In this document: positions 1 to 8,997 of the stretch, one piece after another
Layout of the letters: every line of letters starts with the position of its first letter
How positions within the stretch are numbered: position 1 is the first letter of the stretch
From: Polyangiales bacterium
Lineage (GTDB): Bacteria; Myxococcota_A; Polyangia; Polyangiales; Polyangiaceae
DNA: 64,000 nucleotides
Direction: 5' to 3'
NCBI GenBank assembly: GCA_038231275.1
Contig: JBBRLQ010000008.1
Span: forward strand, 160,001 to 224,000
Program-made: the position numbers and the translations under genes
The notes under the pieces: model-generated
Databases searched by the model: none
The model's input: only the letters and a program-made list of their open reading frames with translations
What the model was told of the DNA's origin: nothing

Positions 1-1
1 C

Positions 2-430
2 CTCGAGGCACTGGCGACGGTCGCCTCGATCGAGAAAGACCCGCTGAACCTCGCGGAGTTCGTGCGCGGGCAAATGCGCCGCGCGATCACCTACCGCCTA
101 ACGCGCGGCGCCCCGCAGCTCGGTGTCATCTTGCTCGACGGCACGATCGAAGACTCCGTCCGGCGCGCCGTGACACGAACCCCGAACGGCGCCTTCCTCA
201 CCCTCCCGCCCGCCGCCGCGCGCGACCTGATCGCCGCCATCCGCCGCGCCCTCGGCGAAGCCAACGTAACCAGCGGCGCAATCCTCCTCACGCAACCCGA
301 CATCCGCCGCTTCGTACGAAAGCTGATCGACGTGGAGATCCCGGACGCGACGGTGGTCAGCTTCGCGGAGCTCTTGCCGGAAGTCGCGCTGAGACCGCTC
401 GCGAGGGCGAACCTGATCGGAATCGGCTAA
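2..430 (+). CDS. FHIPEP-family type III export gate protein (SctV/FlhA), C-terminal part; 5' end lies outside the window
   Basis: Frame is open from base 2: LEALATVASIEKDPLNLAEFVRGQMRRAI...ILLTQPDIRRFVRKLI...VVSFAEL, which resembles the SctV/FlhA cytoplasmic C-terminus. Confidence 0.85.
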   Translation, partial: LEALATVASIEKDPLNLAEFVRGQMRRAITYRLTRGAPQLGVILLDGTIEDSVRRAVTRTPNGAFLTLPPAAARDLIAAIRRALGEANVTSGAILLTQPDIRRFVRKLIDVEIPDATVVSFAELLPEVALRPLARANLIGIG

Positions 431-460
431 CGCGACCGCGACCACGACCGCAACCGCGAC
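431..460. repeat. Degenerate hexamer tandem repeat between convergent genes
   Basis: CGCGAC CGCGAC CACGAC CGCAAC CGCGAC directly after the stop at 430. Confidence 0.7.
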
Positions 461-469
461 CGCCGACCG

Positions 470-1294
470 TTACCCCCCGCGCGGCACCCGCCCCGCCACC
501 ACCGGCACCATCCACACCGCATACCGCGCCGGGTCCCTCACGAACCCAATCATCCCCTCGAACGCCGCCGTCGCCTCTTCTCTCGTGAACCGCGAATACT
601 TCGCGATCGGCTCCACATACCCATCCCGCCACGCCTCGAGGATCGTCGCAAAAATCTCCCTCTCCACGCGCACCGTGTCCACGACCACATACTCGACCGT
701 GACCTCCTCGAGCCCCAGCGCCCGCAAATGCCCAAACGCGTGCCGCCCGACGAACAGGTCCGTCCCCGTCGCTGCGCCGAAGCTCGCCGGCCCCTCCCTC
801 CAGAACGCGTCGACGTGCCGGTCGCCGGTCGGGAAGTGCAGCATCCCGTAGTCCTCTGCGATGAGGTGCATCCACCCGCCCGGCTTGGTCACCCGCCGCA
901 GCTCCCTCACGACCTGATCCGCGTGCGGGATCGACTGCAGCACGTGACGGCACACCGTCAGATCGTACGTCGCATCCGCCACAGGCAGCTCGAAGATGCT
1001 CCCCTGCGCAAACGACAGCCGGGGGGCGAGCGACGCATGACGCTCCCTAGCGAGCTCCAGCGGCGCATCCAGGATGTCGACCCCCAGCACCTCGGCCAGC
1101 GGAAACATCCGTGCGATGCGCGACGAAATCTCCCCCGTTCCACACCCCGCATCGAGCACGCGCAGCGCGCCCTTCAGTCCGTACCGCGCGACGAGCGCCT
1201 CCTCCTGCGGCCAGATCGCCCGCGCTTGCGCCTCAAGCGTCCGAACCATCGACTCCGACTCCATCTGATCCCGCTGCGGATTGAGGTCGCTCAT
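470..1294 (-). CDS. Class I SAM-dependent methyltransferase
   Basis: Motif I VLDAGCGTG, GVD, and LRRVTKPGG. Confidence 0.9.
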   Translation of the reverse strand: MSDLNPQRDQMESESMVRTLEAQARAIWPQEEALVARYGLKGALRVLDAGCGTGEISSRIARMFPLAEVLGVDILDAPLELARERHASLAPRLSFAQGSIFELPVADATYDLTVCRHVLQSIPHADQVVRELRRVTKPGGWMHLIAEDYGMLHFPTGDRHVDAFWREGPASFGAATGTDLFVGRHAFGHLRALGLEEVTVEYVVVDTVRVEREIFATILEAWRDGYVEPIAKYSRFTREEATAAFEGMIGFVRDPARYAVWMVPVVAGRVPRGG

Positions 1295-1303
1295 CGTGGT
1301 CCC

Positions 1304-2218
1304 CTACAGCCTCTGCCGCACCATCTTCCGGGGGACGGCGCCCATCTTCATCGCCAGCTGCCGCGCCTCGCGCTCCAGCATCGGATGAATCTTCTTCGCC
1401 CCCACGAACATCCCCAGGAGATGCGGGTTCAGGTCGGCGAGCTTCTTCAGGGCGCGCGCCGCCCCCTTCATGTCGTTCGCGCCCGCATACGCAAAAGCCC
1501 GCGCTCGCCACATCTGCGGTCGCAGCTCCCCGTACTCCGGATCCTCGGGGTTGAAGAGCTCGAGCGTCTCGACCGCCTTCTTCGCGTCGCCGGTGCGCGC
1601 CCACGCCTCGCTCGCCACCGTCGCGAACATCGCGCGCGCCTTCGCATCTTGCTGCTTGGACAGATCCAGTTTCTCGGCGAGCTGCCGCGCCTCGCTCGTC
1701 TCGCCCAGCGTCAGGTGGATCATCGCGCGCATCGCCCGGAGCTGGCTGCCGAGCCCCGGCGTCCGGACCTTCTCGGCGTCGACCGACTCGAGCGTCGCGA
1801 GGGCCTTGCGCGGGTCCTCCTGCATCTCGAGCTGAGCGCGCGCGAGGATGGCTTGCGCGTCGTCCTTCTTGAAGTCGGTCTCGAGCTTCTTCAGCGCTTC
1901 TTTGCGGCCCTCGTCGGTGTCCGCGCCGCGGAGCAGCGCGCCGAGCTCCTGCGATCGCTTCACGTACCGGACGAGCCAGATGCCGACGCCGATGACGACG
2001 AGCGTGAGGCCGACCATCACGTACAGGGGGATGAGCGAGCGGCTCCATGACCAGACGCCGACCGCCAGCGCCCACGCGACCGCGAGGATCAGCCCGACGC
2101 GCGTGTAGGTCTGCTTCAGATCGAACGGGGGCTTCTCGGCGGCCGCGGGATCGCCTTTGGTGAGCTCGCGCAGCTCCTTTTGGACCTCCGCCTGGTTCTT
2201 CTTCTTCTTGCTGGCCAC
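1304..2218 (-). CDS. Membrane-anchored protein with TPR-like helical repeats
   Basis: Two N-terminal hydrophobic segments followed by Ala-rich amphipathic helices; high-GC codon pattern. Confidence 0.7.
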   Translation of the reverse strand: MASKKKKNQAEVQKELRELTKGDPAAAEKPPFDLKQTYTRVGLILAVAWALAVGVWSWSRSLIPLYVMVGLTLVVIGVGIWLVRYVKRSQELGALLRGADTDEGRKEALKKLETDFKKDDAQAILARAQLEMQEDPRKALATLESVDAEKVRTPGLGSQLRAMRAMIHLTLGETSEARQLAEKLDLSKQQDAKARAMFATVASEAWARTGDAKKAVETLELFNPEDPEYGELRPQMWRARAFAYAGANDMKGAARALKKLADLNPHLLGMFVGAKKIHPMLEREARQLAMKMGAVPRKMVRQRL

Positions 2219-2233
2219 GGCACGCCGTCTACT

Positions 2234-3535
2234 TCATTGCGCTCCGCCGCGCAAATCACGCGGCGCAAGACTGTCGGGGGGCATCACGCCCTGGAACTCC
2301 GGATCGGCGTCGTGCACGACCTGGCGAAAGTGCAAAAACAGGGTCTGCGCGATCGACATGCATGGAACCGCCAAGAGCGCGCCGACGGTGTGGAAGAAGT
2401 GCTCGCCGACGAGGAGCGAGAAGATGACGAGGACCGGGTGGATCTTTGCGGCGTCGCCCATGATCTTGGGATTCAAGAAATTCGCCTCGAGCTGGTGGAT
2501 GCCGAGGATCCAGACCAGCACGAACGCAGCCGTACCCACCGACTGCGTGAGCCCCAACGCCACCGCGGGCACGGCGCTCACGATGGCGCCGAAGATCGGG
2601 ATGAGCGAGAGCACGGTCGCAATGAGCGCCATCACCGGCCAGTACTTGAGGCCAACGATCGCGAAGCCGACCGCGCTGAGCGCGCCGTTGACGAGGCAGA
2701 TGATGAGCTGACCGCGCACGACCCCGGAGAGGCCCTTGTCCATGCGCTGGAGGAGCCGATCGAAGGAACCGCGCCGCCGCGGCCGCACCATCGTGCCGAA
2801 GAACGCGAGGATCTTCTCGCGCGTCAGCATCATGTACGCGGCGAGCATCAGCGTGATGCCGAAGATGAAGACCGCGCGGCTCACGCCGGCCACGATGTCG
2901 CGCCCGATCTTGGCCAGCTCCATCGCGTTGTTCTGCGCGTAGGCGAAGCTCTTACCGACGGCCTCACCGATGACGCGGTTGGCGTCGAACGGCTCCTCGC
3001 GGTGCGCGTGCGCAGGCTCGATCACGTAGCCGCCCTGCCGCGTGGGGATGACGACGAAGCCGCTGCCCACGTCGATCGCCACGGTCCCGTCGGGTTGCGG
3101 GCGCGCGACGACGGCCGGCGCATTCTCGGCCCGCGCGTGCGCGACAGGCGCGGAGGGATCGGGCTCCGGCGCGGTCGGGGGCATCACACCGAACGCGCGC
3201 AGGCGCTCTTGCATCGCAGGGACCCACTCGGTCTGCGCGCGCTTGGCCACCTGCGGCAGCTCCCGCCGCAAATTCGCGAGCTCCTGCCCGACGCGCGGGG
3301 CCGCGAGGCTGACGAGCGTTCCCAGCGTGCCGAGGACGACCACGTACACCGTCACGATCGCGAGACCGCGCCTGAGCCCTTTGCCCTCGGCCCACGCGAC
3401 GAGCGGCGTCAGCACGTACGCGATGACGAGCGCCAGCACGAACGGCAAGAGGACGTCCCGCGCGACCAGAATGATCGCGAGCGCGACGGCGGCGCTCACC
3501 GACAAGAAGACGATCCGCTGCGCGCGTACGCTCAC
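2234..3535 (-). CDS. AI-2E (PerM/UPF0118) family transporter
   Basis: LLPFVLALVIAYVLTPLV, VRGQL, SLIPIFG, QLEANFLNPKIMG, IHPVLVIFSLL; GTG start overlaps the HIT stop (GTGA). Confidence 0.9.
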   Translation of the reverse strand: MSVRAQRIVFLSVSAAVALAIILVARDVLLPFVLALVIAYVLTPLVAWAEGKGLRRGLAIVTVYVVVLGTLGTLVSLAAPRVGQELANLRRELPQVAKRAQTEWVPAMQERLRAFGVMPPTAPEPDPSAPVAHARAENAPAVVARPQPDGTVAIDVGSGFVVIPTRQGGYVIEPAHAHREEPFDANRVIGEAVGKSFAYAQNNAMELAKIGRDIVAGVSRAVFIFGITLMLAAYMMLTREKILAFFGTMVRPRRRGSFDRLLQRMDKGLSGVVRGQLIICLVNGALSAVGFAIVGLKYWPVMALIATVLSLIPIFGAIVSAVPAVALGLTQSVGTAAFVLVWILGIHQLEANFLNPKIMGDAAKIHPVLVIFSLLVGEHFFHTVGALLAVPCMSIAQTLFLHFRQVVHDADPEFQGVMPPDSLAPRDLRGGAQ

Positions 3536-4050
3536 GGGAGCGGCCCCTTCATGCCCGGCAGCGGCTCGAAGGCCGGGCGCAGGCGCTTCCACGAGGCCTC
3601 GAGGTGCTCGGGAATGATGCGCGTATTGGCGAGGACCGGCATGAAGCTATTGTCTCCGTTCCAGCGCGGCACCACGTGCGCGTGCAGGTGATCCGCGATC
3701 CCGGCACCGCCCGCGCGTCCGAGGTTCATCCCGACGTTCATCCCCTCGGGGTGGCTCGCCCCTTCGAGCACGCGCAGTGAGTCGCGGAGAAGGCGCATGA
3801 GCCCGTCGTACTCCTCGTCCTTCAAGTCTTCGAGCTTCGCGACGTGACGCCGCGGCACGATCAAGAGATGCCCCGGCGCGAACGGATACCGGTTCAAGCA
3901 CACGAACGCGTGCGGCTGCACGAGGAGGACGAGGTCCTCACGAAAGTGCTCGGGCCCTCGCTCGGGAAACGCACAGAAGATGCAGCCGCTCCGATCCTTC
4001 AAGGACAGGATGTACTCCATTCTCCACGGCGCCCAGAGCGTGTCGGTCAT
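3532..4050 (-). CDS. HIT-family nucleotide hydrolase
   Basis: LWAPWRMEYI, CIFC, LNRYPF.PGHLL, histidine triad HLHAHVVPRW. Confidence 0.92.
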   Translation of the reverse strand: MTDTLWAPWRMEYILSLKDRSGCIFCAFPERGPEHFREDLVLLVQPHAFVCLNRYPFAPGHLLIVPRRHVAKLEDLKDEEYDGLMRLLRDSLRVLEGASHPEGMNVGMNLGRAGGAGIADHLHAHVVPRWNGDNSFMPVLANTRIIPEHLEASWKRLRPAFEPLPGMKGPLP

Positions 4051-4080
4051 GACGGAGCGGGAGTGTAGACCTCGATGTAC

Positions 4081-4123
4081 AAAAAGACGACGGCGGCGAG
4101 CCCGTAGACCCGCCGCCGTCATC
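4081..4123 (-). terminator. Intrinsic terminator downstream of rpsA
   Basis: Perfect 10-bp stem GACGGCGGCG (4089-4098) / CGCCGCCGTC (4111-4120), followed by T5 on the minus strand. Confidence 0.8.
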
Positions 4124-4137
4124 AGGCTCGTGGAGCC

Positions 4138-5910
4138 TTACTCTTTGTCCTTCTCGCCGAGGCCCAGCTTGTCGCCGAGCTTCTGCTTGATGAGGTCGCC
4201 GATCGAGCCGCCCGCCTTCGCCTCTTCGGCGCTGGGGGCCTTCTTCGGGGCCTTCGACTCACGCTTCGGGCCACCCTCACGGGCTGCAGCCGCCGGCGTC
4301 GCGACCGCCTCGCCCACGCGCATGCTGAGCGTGAGGCGACGGTCCTGCGAGTCGATGTTGGCGATCTCGGCCTTGAGCTCGTCGCCGATCTTGAGGGCGT
4401 TGCCCTCGCCTTCGTTCTCGACGATTTCACCGGTCGGGATGAGCCCCTCCACACCCTCGCGGATGCGGACGAACATGCCGTAGTCGACGATCGAGACGAC
4501 CTTCGCCGAGACCTGCTTCCCCGGGGGGAGCTCGGAGAAGATGGTCGGCCACGGATCGTCCCAGAGCTGCTTCACGCCCAGGCTGACCTTCTTCTCGTCG
4601 TGGTTGATCGAGAGGATGATGGCCTCGACGTCGTCGCCCTTGTGGAACATGTCGGCGGGGTTATTGACCTTCGCCGTCCACGAGAGATCGCTCTTGTGGA
4701 CCATGCCGTCGACGCCCTCTTCGATGCCGATGAACACGCCGTAGTCGGTGAGCGAGCGGACCTTGCCGCCGATCTTGTCACCCGGCTTGTACTTCTCGGT
4801 GAAGAGCGTCCAGGGATCGGGCTCGAGCTGCTTGAGCCCGAGGCTGATGCGCTTGGACTTCGCGTCGACCTCGAGGACCTGGCAATCCAGCTCCTGACCG
4901 ACCTCGAGCAGCTTCGACGGGTGCTTGACCTTCTTGGTCCAGCTCATTTCGCTGACGTGGATGAGGCCTTCGACGCCCGGCTCCAGCTCGACGAACGCGC
5001 CGTAGTCGGTGATCGACATGACCTTGCCGTGCACCTTCTTGCCCGGCGGGAACGCCTCTTCGGCGTGGTTCCAGGGATCTTCCTGGGTCTGCTTGAGGCC
5101 GAGGCTCACGCGCTCGGTCTCGGCGTTGTACTTGAGGACCTTCACGGTCACTTCGTCGCCGACCTGGAACACCTCGGACGGGTGATTCACACGGCCCCAC
5201 GACATGTCCGTGATGTGGAGGAGGCCATCGATGCCGCCGAGGTCCACGAACGCGCCGTACTCGGTGATGTTCTTGATGACGCCCTTGACGACCTTGCCCT
5301 CCTCGAGGGTCTGGAGCGTCTGGCTCTTGATTTGGTCCCGCTCCTTCTCGAGAAGGACGCGGCGCGAGAGGACGATGTTCCCGCGCTTCTTGTTGAACTT
5401 GATGACCTTGAATTGGTAGGTCTGTCCGATCAACTTGTCCAAGTTGCGAATCGGGCGGAGGTCGACCTGCGACCCCGGGAGGAACGCCTTCACGCCGCCG
5501 CGGATGGTGACGGACAAGCCGCCCTTCACGCGCTGCGAGATGGTCCCTTCGATGAGCTCGTCGCGCTCGCACGCGCTCGAGATCTCATCCCACACCTTCA
5601 TCTTGTCGGCCTTCTCCTTGGAGAGGGTGACAAGGCCGTCGTCGTTCTCGCGGCTCTCGATGTAGACGTCGATGCGATCGCCGGCTTTGACGCTGATCAC
5701 GCCGGCTGCGTCGGCGAACTCGTTCAAGGGGATGATCCCCTCGCTCTTGCCGCCGATGTCGATGACCACGTTGTCGCGCTGGACGGCGACGATGGTCCCT
5801 TGGACGATCTCTCCCTCTTTGCCGAAGTCGCCACTTTGGATGGAGGCCTCGAAGAGAGCGGCGAAGGAGTCCATGCCTCCGCCCGATTGCTGGGTCGTTT
5901 GGTTTGCCAT
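4138..5910 (-). CDS. rpsA: 30S ribosomal protein S1
   Basis: Multiple S1 repeats (YGAFVDLGGIDGLLHITDMSW, YGAFVELEPGVEGLIHVSEMSW), AFLPGSQVD; ATG at 5910 chosen as start. Confidence 0.98.
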   Translation of the reverse strand: MANQTTQQSGGGMDSFAALFEASIQSGDFGKEGEIVQGTIVAVQRDNVVIDIGGKSEGIIPLNEFADAAGVISVKAGDRIDVYIESRENDDGLVTLSKEKADKMKVWDEISSACERDELIEGTISQRVKGGLSVTIRGGVKAFLPGSQVDLRPIRNLDKLIGQTYQFKVIKFNKKRGNIVLSRRVLLEKERDQIKSQTLQTLEEGKVVKGVIKNITEYGAFVDLGGIDGLLHITDMSWGRVNHPSEVFQVGDEVTVKVLKYNAETERVSLGLKQTQEDPWNHAEEAFPPGKKVHGKVMSITDYGAFVELEPGVEGLIHVSEMSWTKKVKHPSKLLEVGQELDCQVLEVDAKSKRISLGLKQLEPDPWTLFTEKYKPGDKIGGKVRSLTDYGVFIGIEEGVDGMVHKSDLSWTAKVNNPADMFHKGDDVEAIILSINHDEKKVSLGVKQLWDDPWPTIFSELPPGKQVSAKVVSIVDYGMFVRIREGVEGLIPTGEIVENEGEGNALKIGDELKAEIANIDSQDRRLTLSMRVGEAVATPAAAAREGGPKRESKAPKKAPSAEEAKAGGSIGDLIKQKLGDKLGLGEKDKE

Positions 5911-5966
5911 TGTTTGAGAAAATCCTTCGTGTCCCGCGCAGCCTTCTGAAGCCACGGGGGGCGAGA

Positions 5967-5995
5967 GAGATAGCCCCTCGTCGGGCGTGTGTCAA
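5967..5995 (-). promoter_or_regulatory. Putative sigma70 promoter of rpsA
   Basis: Minus strand TTGACA-N17-TATCTC; perfect -35, imperfect -10. Confidence 0.55.
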
Positions 5996-6152
5996 AGGGT
6001 ACTGGCCCGGGGTTTGCTAGGCCCGGTTTCGGCCGACCTCTCGATGTTCTTTTCTCGGGGATGGCAGGCCCGCGGTGTTGGCCCCATGTTTCCCCTCGAT
6101 CCTCTCTGCGACCCAACCTGTCGGAGTGGTCGCAGTCTCGCACTGGGCATCG

Positions 6153-6482
6153 TCACTGCCGCCGGGCACGGCGTTGCCGCTCCGCCCTGGCCCTGATCCC
6201 GCTCAAGTTCCAATACGCGAGACAAAGACCGAGGACCGTTACCTCGACCCCCAGCGGCACCCACGACCACAGGAGTCGCTCCCTCAGGCTGCCGATCGGC
6301 GCCAGCACGACAGCGACGAAGCCGACGATACTCCCGATGATGGGCGTACCGGATACGTGGCGGTCCTGGTTTTTGAGAACGAGGGCTCGGTTCGCGAGTA
6401 GGGCGCCGACGCGCACGACAACGGCAAAGAGGAGGCTCAAAAGGCCCAGGACGGAAGACACAACAGCGAAGGCGATGCTCAC
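6153..6482 (-). CDS. Small hypothetical membrane protein (about 3 TM segments)
   Basis: Three hydrophobic stretches and a basic C-terminus; no family recognised. Confidence 0.55.
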   Translation of the reverse strand: MSIAFAVVSSVLGLLSLLFAVVVRVGALLANRALVLKNQDRHVSGTPIIGSIVGFVAVVLAPIGSLRERLLWSWVPLGVEVTVLGLCLAYWNLSGIRARAERQRRARRQ

Positions 6483-6729
6483 GGGAAGCCAAGGATTCCC
6501 GACCGCTTTGTGTTCCCAGGTCGCGCGCTCGGGACGCGGGTCCTCCGCTTGAACGCGGCGCGGGCGTCGCGAGCGGCATGATCCCCTCTGATTTGCTCGA
6601 CGTCCGCATCAACGGCCCCAGCTCGTGCTCCTGCACGGTCACGTCGCCGGCCATGCCGTCAACCCGCTCTACCCTTGCCTGCCCCTACGCGTGAACGCGC
6701 CAGCCGAAACGGCTTGCGACCACGAATGG

Positions 6730-7050
6730 TCAGCCGCCGAGCGGCACGTACCCGATCCGCGGCGTGTCCGTGAACGTGCCCCACATGCGGCTGTACTCGA
6801 GCCACACCTCCACGGCGCAGCCGGCGGTCGCGGTGACCGAGTAGCGCTTCTCGCGCCGGACGAGCGCGTCGAGCGTCGCGACGACCAGGTACGGCCCCGG
6901 GACGACCGGGAACCGGAGGTCGAAGCCGCTCTTGAAGCCTCCCGCGTATGCGCACCACCCATTCACGTGCACGAGTACGCGCGGGTCGTTGAGGAAGAAC
7001 CCGGGGGACGGAAAGGCGACGCGCATCCACGCGGGCGCGGCGTGGATCAC
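6730..7050 (-). CDS. Hypothetical protein (106 aa)
   Basis: Protein-like composition; GTG start overlaps the upstream RHH stop (GTGA). Confidence 0.6.
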   Translation of the reverse strand: MIHAAPAWMRVAFPSPGFFLNDPRVLVHVNGWCAYAGGFKSGFDLRFPVVPGPYLVVATLDALVRREKRYSVTATAGCAVEVWLEYSRMWGTFTDTPRIGYVPLGG

Positions 7051-7301
7051 CTCGCCTTCTTCTTGGTTTTGGTCGGCTGCGTGTAAGGCTCCAACGCCTT
7101 GGCGAGATTTACCTTGCCGCCGACAGCTGCTCCCAAGCGAATCACCTGAGCCAGGTGCGCCGGAGCCCCTGCCAATTGCCGAAGCACCGAACGCAAGTAG
7201 TCCGAGGCGTTCAAGCCCTCTCGTTCGGCCAGGAGCCGGAGCAGCTTCAGCTCGTCATCGGAGAGGAGTAGATGGAAGCTGTTTTTGCGGTCGATCGCCA
7301 T
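7047..7301 (-). CDS. Ribbon-helix-helix (CopG/MobC-like) DNA-binding protein
   Basis: RKNSFHLLLSDDELKLLRLLAEREGLNASDYLRSVL fits the RHH strand-helix-helix pattern. Confidence 0.75.
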   Translation of the reverse strand: MAIDRKNSFHLLLSDDELKLLRLLAEREGLNASDYLRSVLRQLAGAPAHLAQVIRLGAAVGGKVNLAKALEPYTQPTKTKKKAR

Positions 7302-7336
7302 GGACGTAGTATGGCCGTCTCATGGACATATGACAA
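7300..7336 (-). promoter_or_regulatory. Sigma70-type promoter and repeat operator of the RHH gene
   Basis: Minus strand TTGTCA-N17-CATACT-N6-ATG; ATGG(A/C)C repeats at 7300, 7311 and 7322. Confidence 0.65.
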
Positions 7337-7369
7337 CCATGGGCCTCGCCGGGCCGCGCCGCATGGGTC

Positions 7370-8308
7370 CTAGAACCCGAGCTCCGCCGCGCTCACGTTC
7401 GGCAGCTCCGCGAGGAGCGCCGGGGGGAGGCTCACGCGGGCGACGACGGTGGTCGACTGGCGCTCGACCTTGGTCTGCCCGAGCCACTTCGTCTTCTCGG
7501 AGCCCTCGCGATCGAGCGCCGTGGTCACTTGCTTGATGAGCGCCTCGGCGACTGCGGCGGCGTCATCCTCTTCGTACGCGAAGGACGCGACGAGGCCTTC
7601 CTTTCCCGGCCGGAGCGCGACGGTGACCGCGTTGAGGCGGCGGCCGAGCGGCTCGAGCGGCGCGCCCTTCGTGCGGAGGCGCGGGACACCGGCCACCAGC
7701 GACGGCCCGTCGAGGCGGACCACGAAGAGCGACGCGTCATCTCGAAGCGGCGGCGGGCGATCGAACGGATGCGCGAACGCCTCTCGCGCACGCGCGCGCG
7801 CGTCGCCCATCGCGAAGACCCACGTGCGGTCGGGCAGCACGAAGAGCGACGCGTCGGCGCTTCCTGCGCGCGCGAGCTCCGGCACGGCGCCGCGCGGGCC
7901 GTCGGTCCACATCGGACGACCGTTTCCTTCGGTGAGCTTTCGCGCGTCCAGATCGGCGCGGACGCCGCGGAGGACGACGACCGCGTCTTGCGCCTTCCTC
8001 TCGCGCACTGCGAAGAGGACCTCTTCCGACGACTCGATCACCTCCGCCGCGCGCGTTCCGGCGGTCTGGGGCGCGCGCGCCGACATCATGCGCGAAAGGC
8101 TCTTGAGGAGCGGACCGTACACCGGATCGCGCGCCATCGCCGTCGGGTGCGCGAGGACCACGATGTCGGGCACGCGATCGAACGCGTCCTGCCAATGGGG
8201 CTTCGTCGTGTCGAACGCCGGCTTCGCGTCCGGAGGCTTTCCCCCGCCACACGACATCGACAAAGCCGCGAGCGCGATCGCAACCGCCGGCGCCCCGCGC
8301 GTCGTCAT
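7370..8308 (-). CDS. Hypothetical lipoprotein
   Basis: Signal peptide with lipobox-like SMSC; start overlaps the cmk stop (ATGA). Confidence 0.75.
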   Translation of the reverse strand: MTTRGAPAVAIALAALSMSCGGGKPPDAKPAFDTTKPHWQDAFDRVPDIVVLAHPTAMARDPVYGPLLKSLSRMMSARAPQTAGTRAAEVIESSEEVLFAVRERKAQDAVVVLRGVRADLDARKLTEGNGRPMWTDGPRGAVPELARAGSADASLFVLPDRTWVFAMGDARARAREAFAHPFDRPPPLRDDASLFVVRLDGPSLVAGVPRLRTKGAPLEPLGRRLNAVTVALRPGKEGLVASFAYEEDDAAAVAEALIKQVTTALDREGSEKTKWLGQTKVERQSTTVVARVSLPPALLAELPNVSAAELGF

Positions 8309-8997
8309 CGGAACGACTCGCGCGCAAGCTTCGCGATCGCCTGGACGGCGTCCTCGACCGACATCTCGCTCGAGTCGACGCGCAGCGCCCCCTCGGCCTG
8401 GCGAAGCGGCGCCACCGCGCGGCCTTCGTCTTGCGCGTCGCGTTTCTTCACGTCGGCGAGCGTCTCTTCGAGGGTCATTCGCGTGTCCCCCTTCGCGACG
8501 AGCTCGTCGTAGCGACGGCGCGCGCGGACCTCGGGACGGGCGGTCAAGAACACCTTCACCTCGGCGTCGGGGAACACGACCGTGCCGATGTCGCGGCCTT
8601 CGAGGACGACGCCGCCCTCTTTGCCGGCTTGGCGCTGCATGTCGAGGAGCGCGGCGCGCACGCGCGGATGCGCCGAGACGGTGCTCGCGCCCATGCCGAT
8701 GTCGGGCGTGCGAATTTTGTCCGACACATCTTCTCCCGCGAGCGTCATGCGAATGCCGCGATCGTCGCGCACGAATGCGATCGCGTTCTTCTCGACGAGC
8801 GACTCCGCGAGATCTCCCACGGCAGCCGCGTCCGCGTAAGCGAGCCCGGCGCGCGACGCCGCGAGGGCGACTGTGCGGTACAAAGCGCCGGTGTCGACGA
8901 GGACGAAGCCGAGCGCGTCGGCGACGTTGCGCGCGACGGTGCTCTTACCGGCGCCGGCCGGGCCGTCGATGGCGACGATGGGGCGCGTGCGGCTCAT
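8305..8997 (-). CDS. cmk: Cytidylate kinase
   Basis: VAIDGPAGAGKST, DTGALYR, VLEGRDIGTVVFPDA; start MSRTRP at 8997 inside the longer listed ORF. Confidence 0.97.
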   Translation of the reverse strand: MSRTRPIVAIDGPAGAGKSTVARNVADALGFVLVDTGALYRTVALAASRAGLAYADAAAVGDLAESLVEKNAIAFVRDDRGIRMTLAGEDVSDKIRTPDIGMGASTVSAHPRVRAALLDMQRQAGKEGGVVLEGRDIGTVVFPDAEVKVFLTARPEVRARRRYDELVAKGDTRMTLEETLADVKKRDAQDEGRAVAPLRQAEGALRVDSSEMSVEDAVQAIAKLARESFR

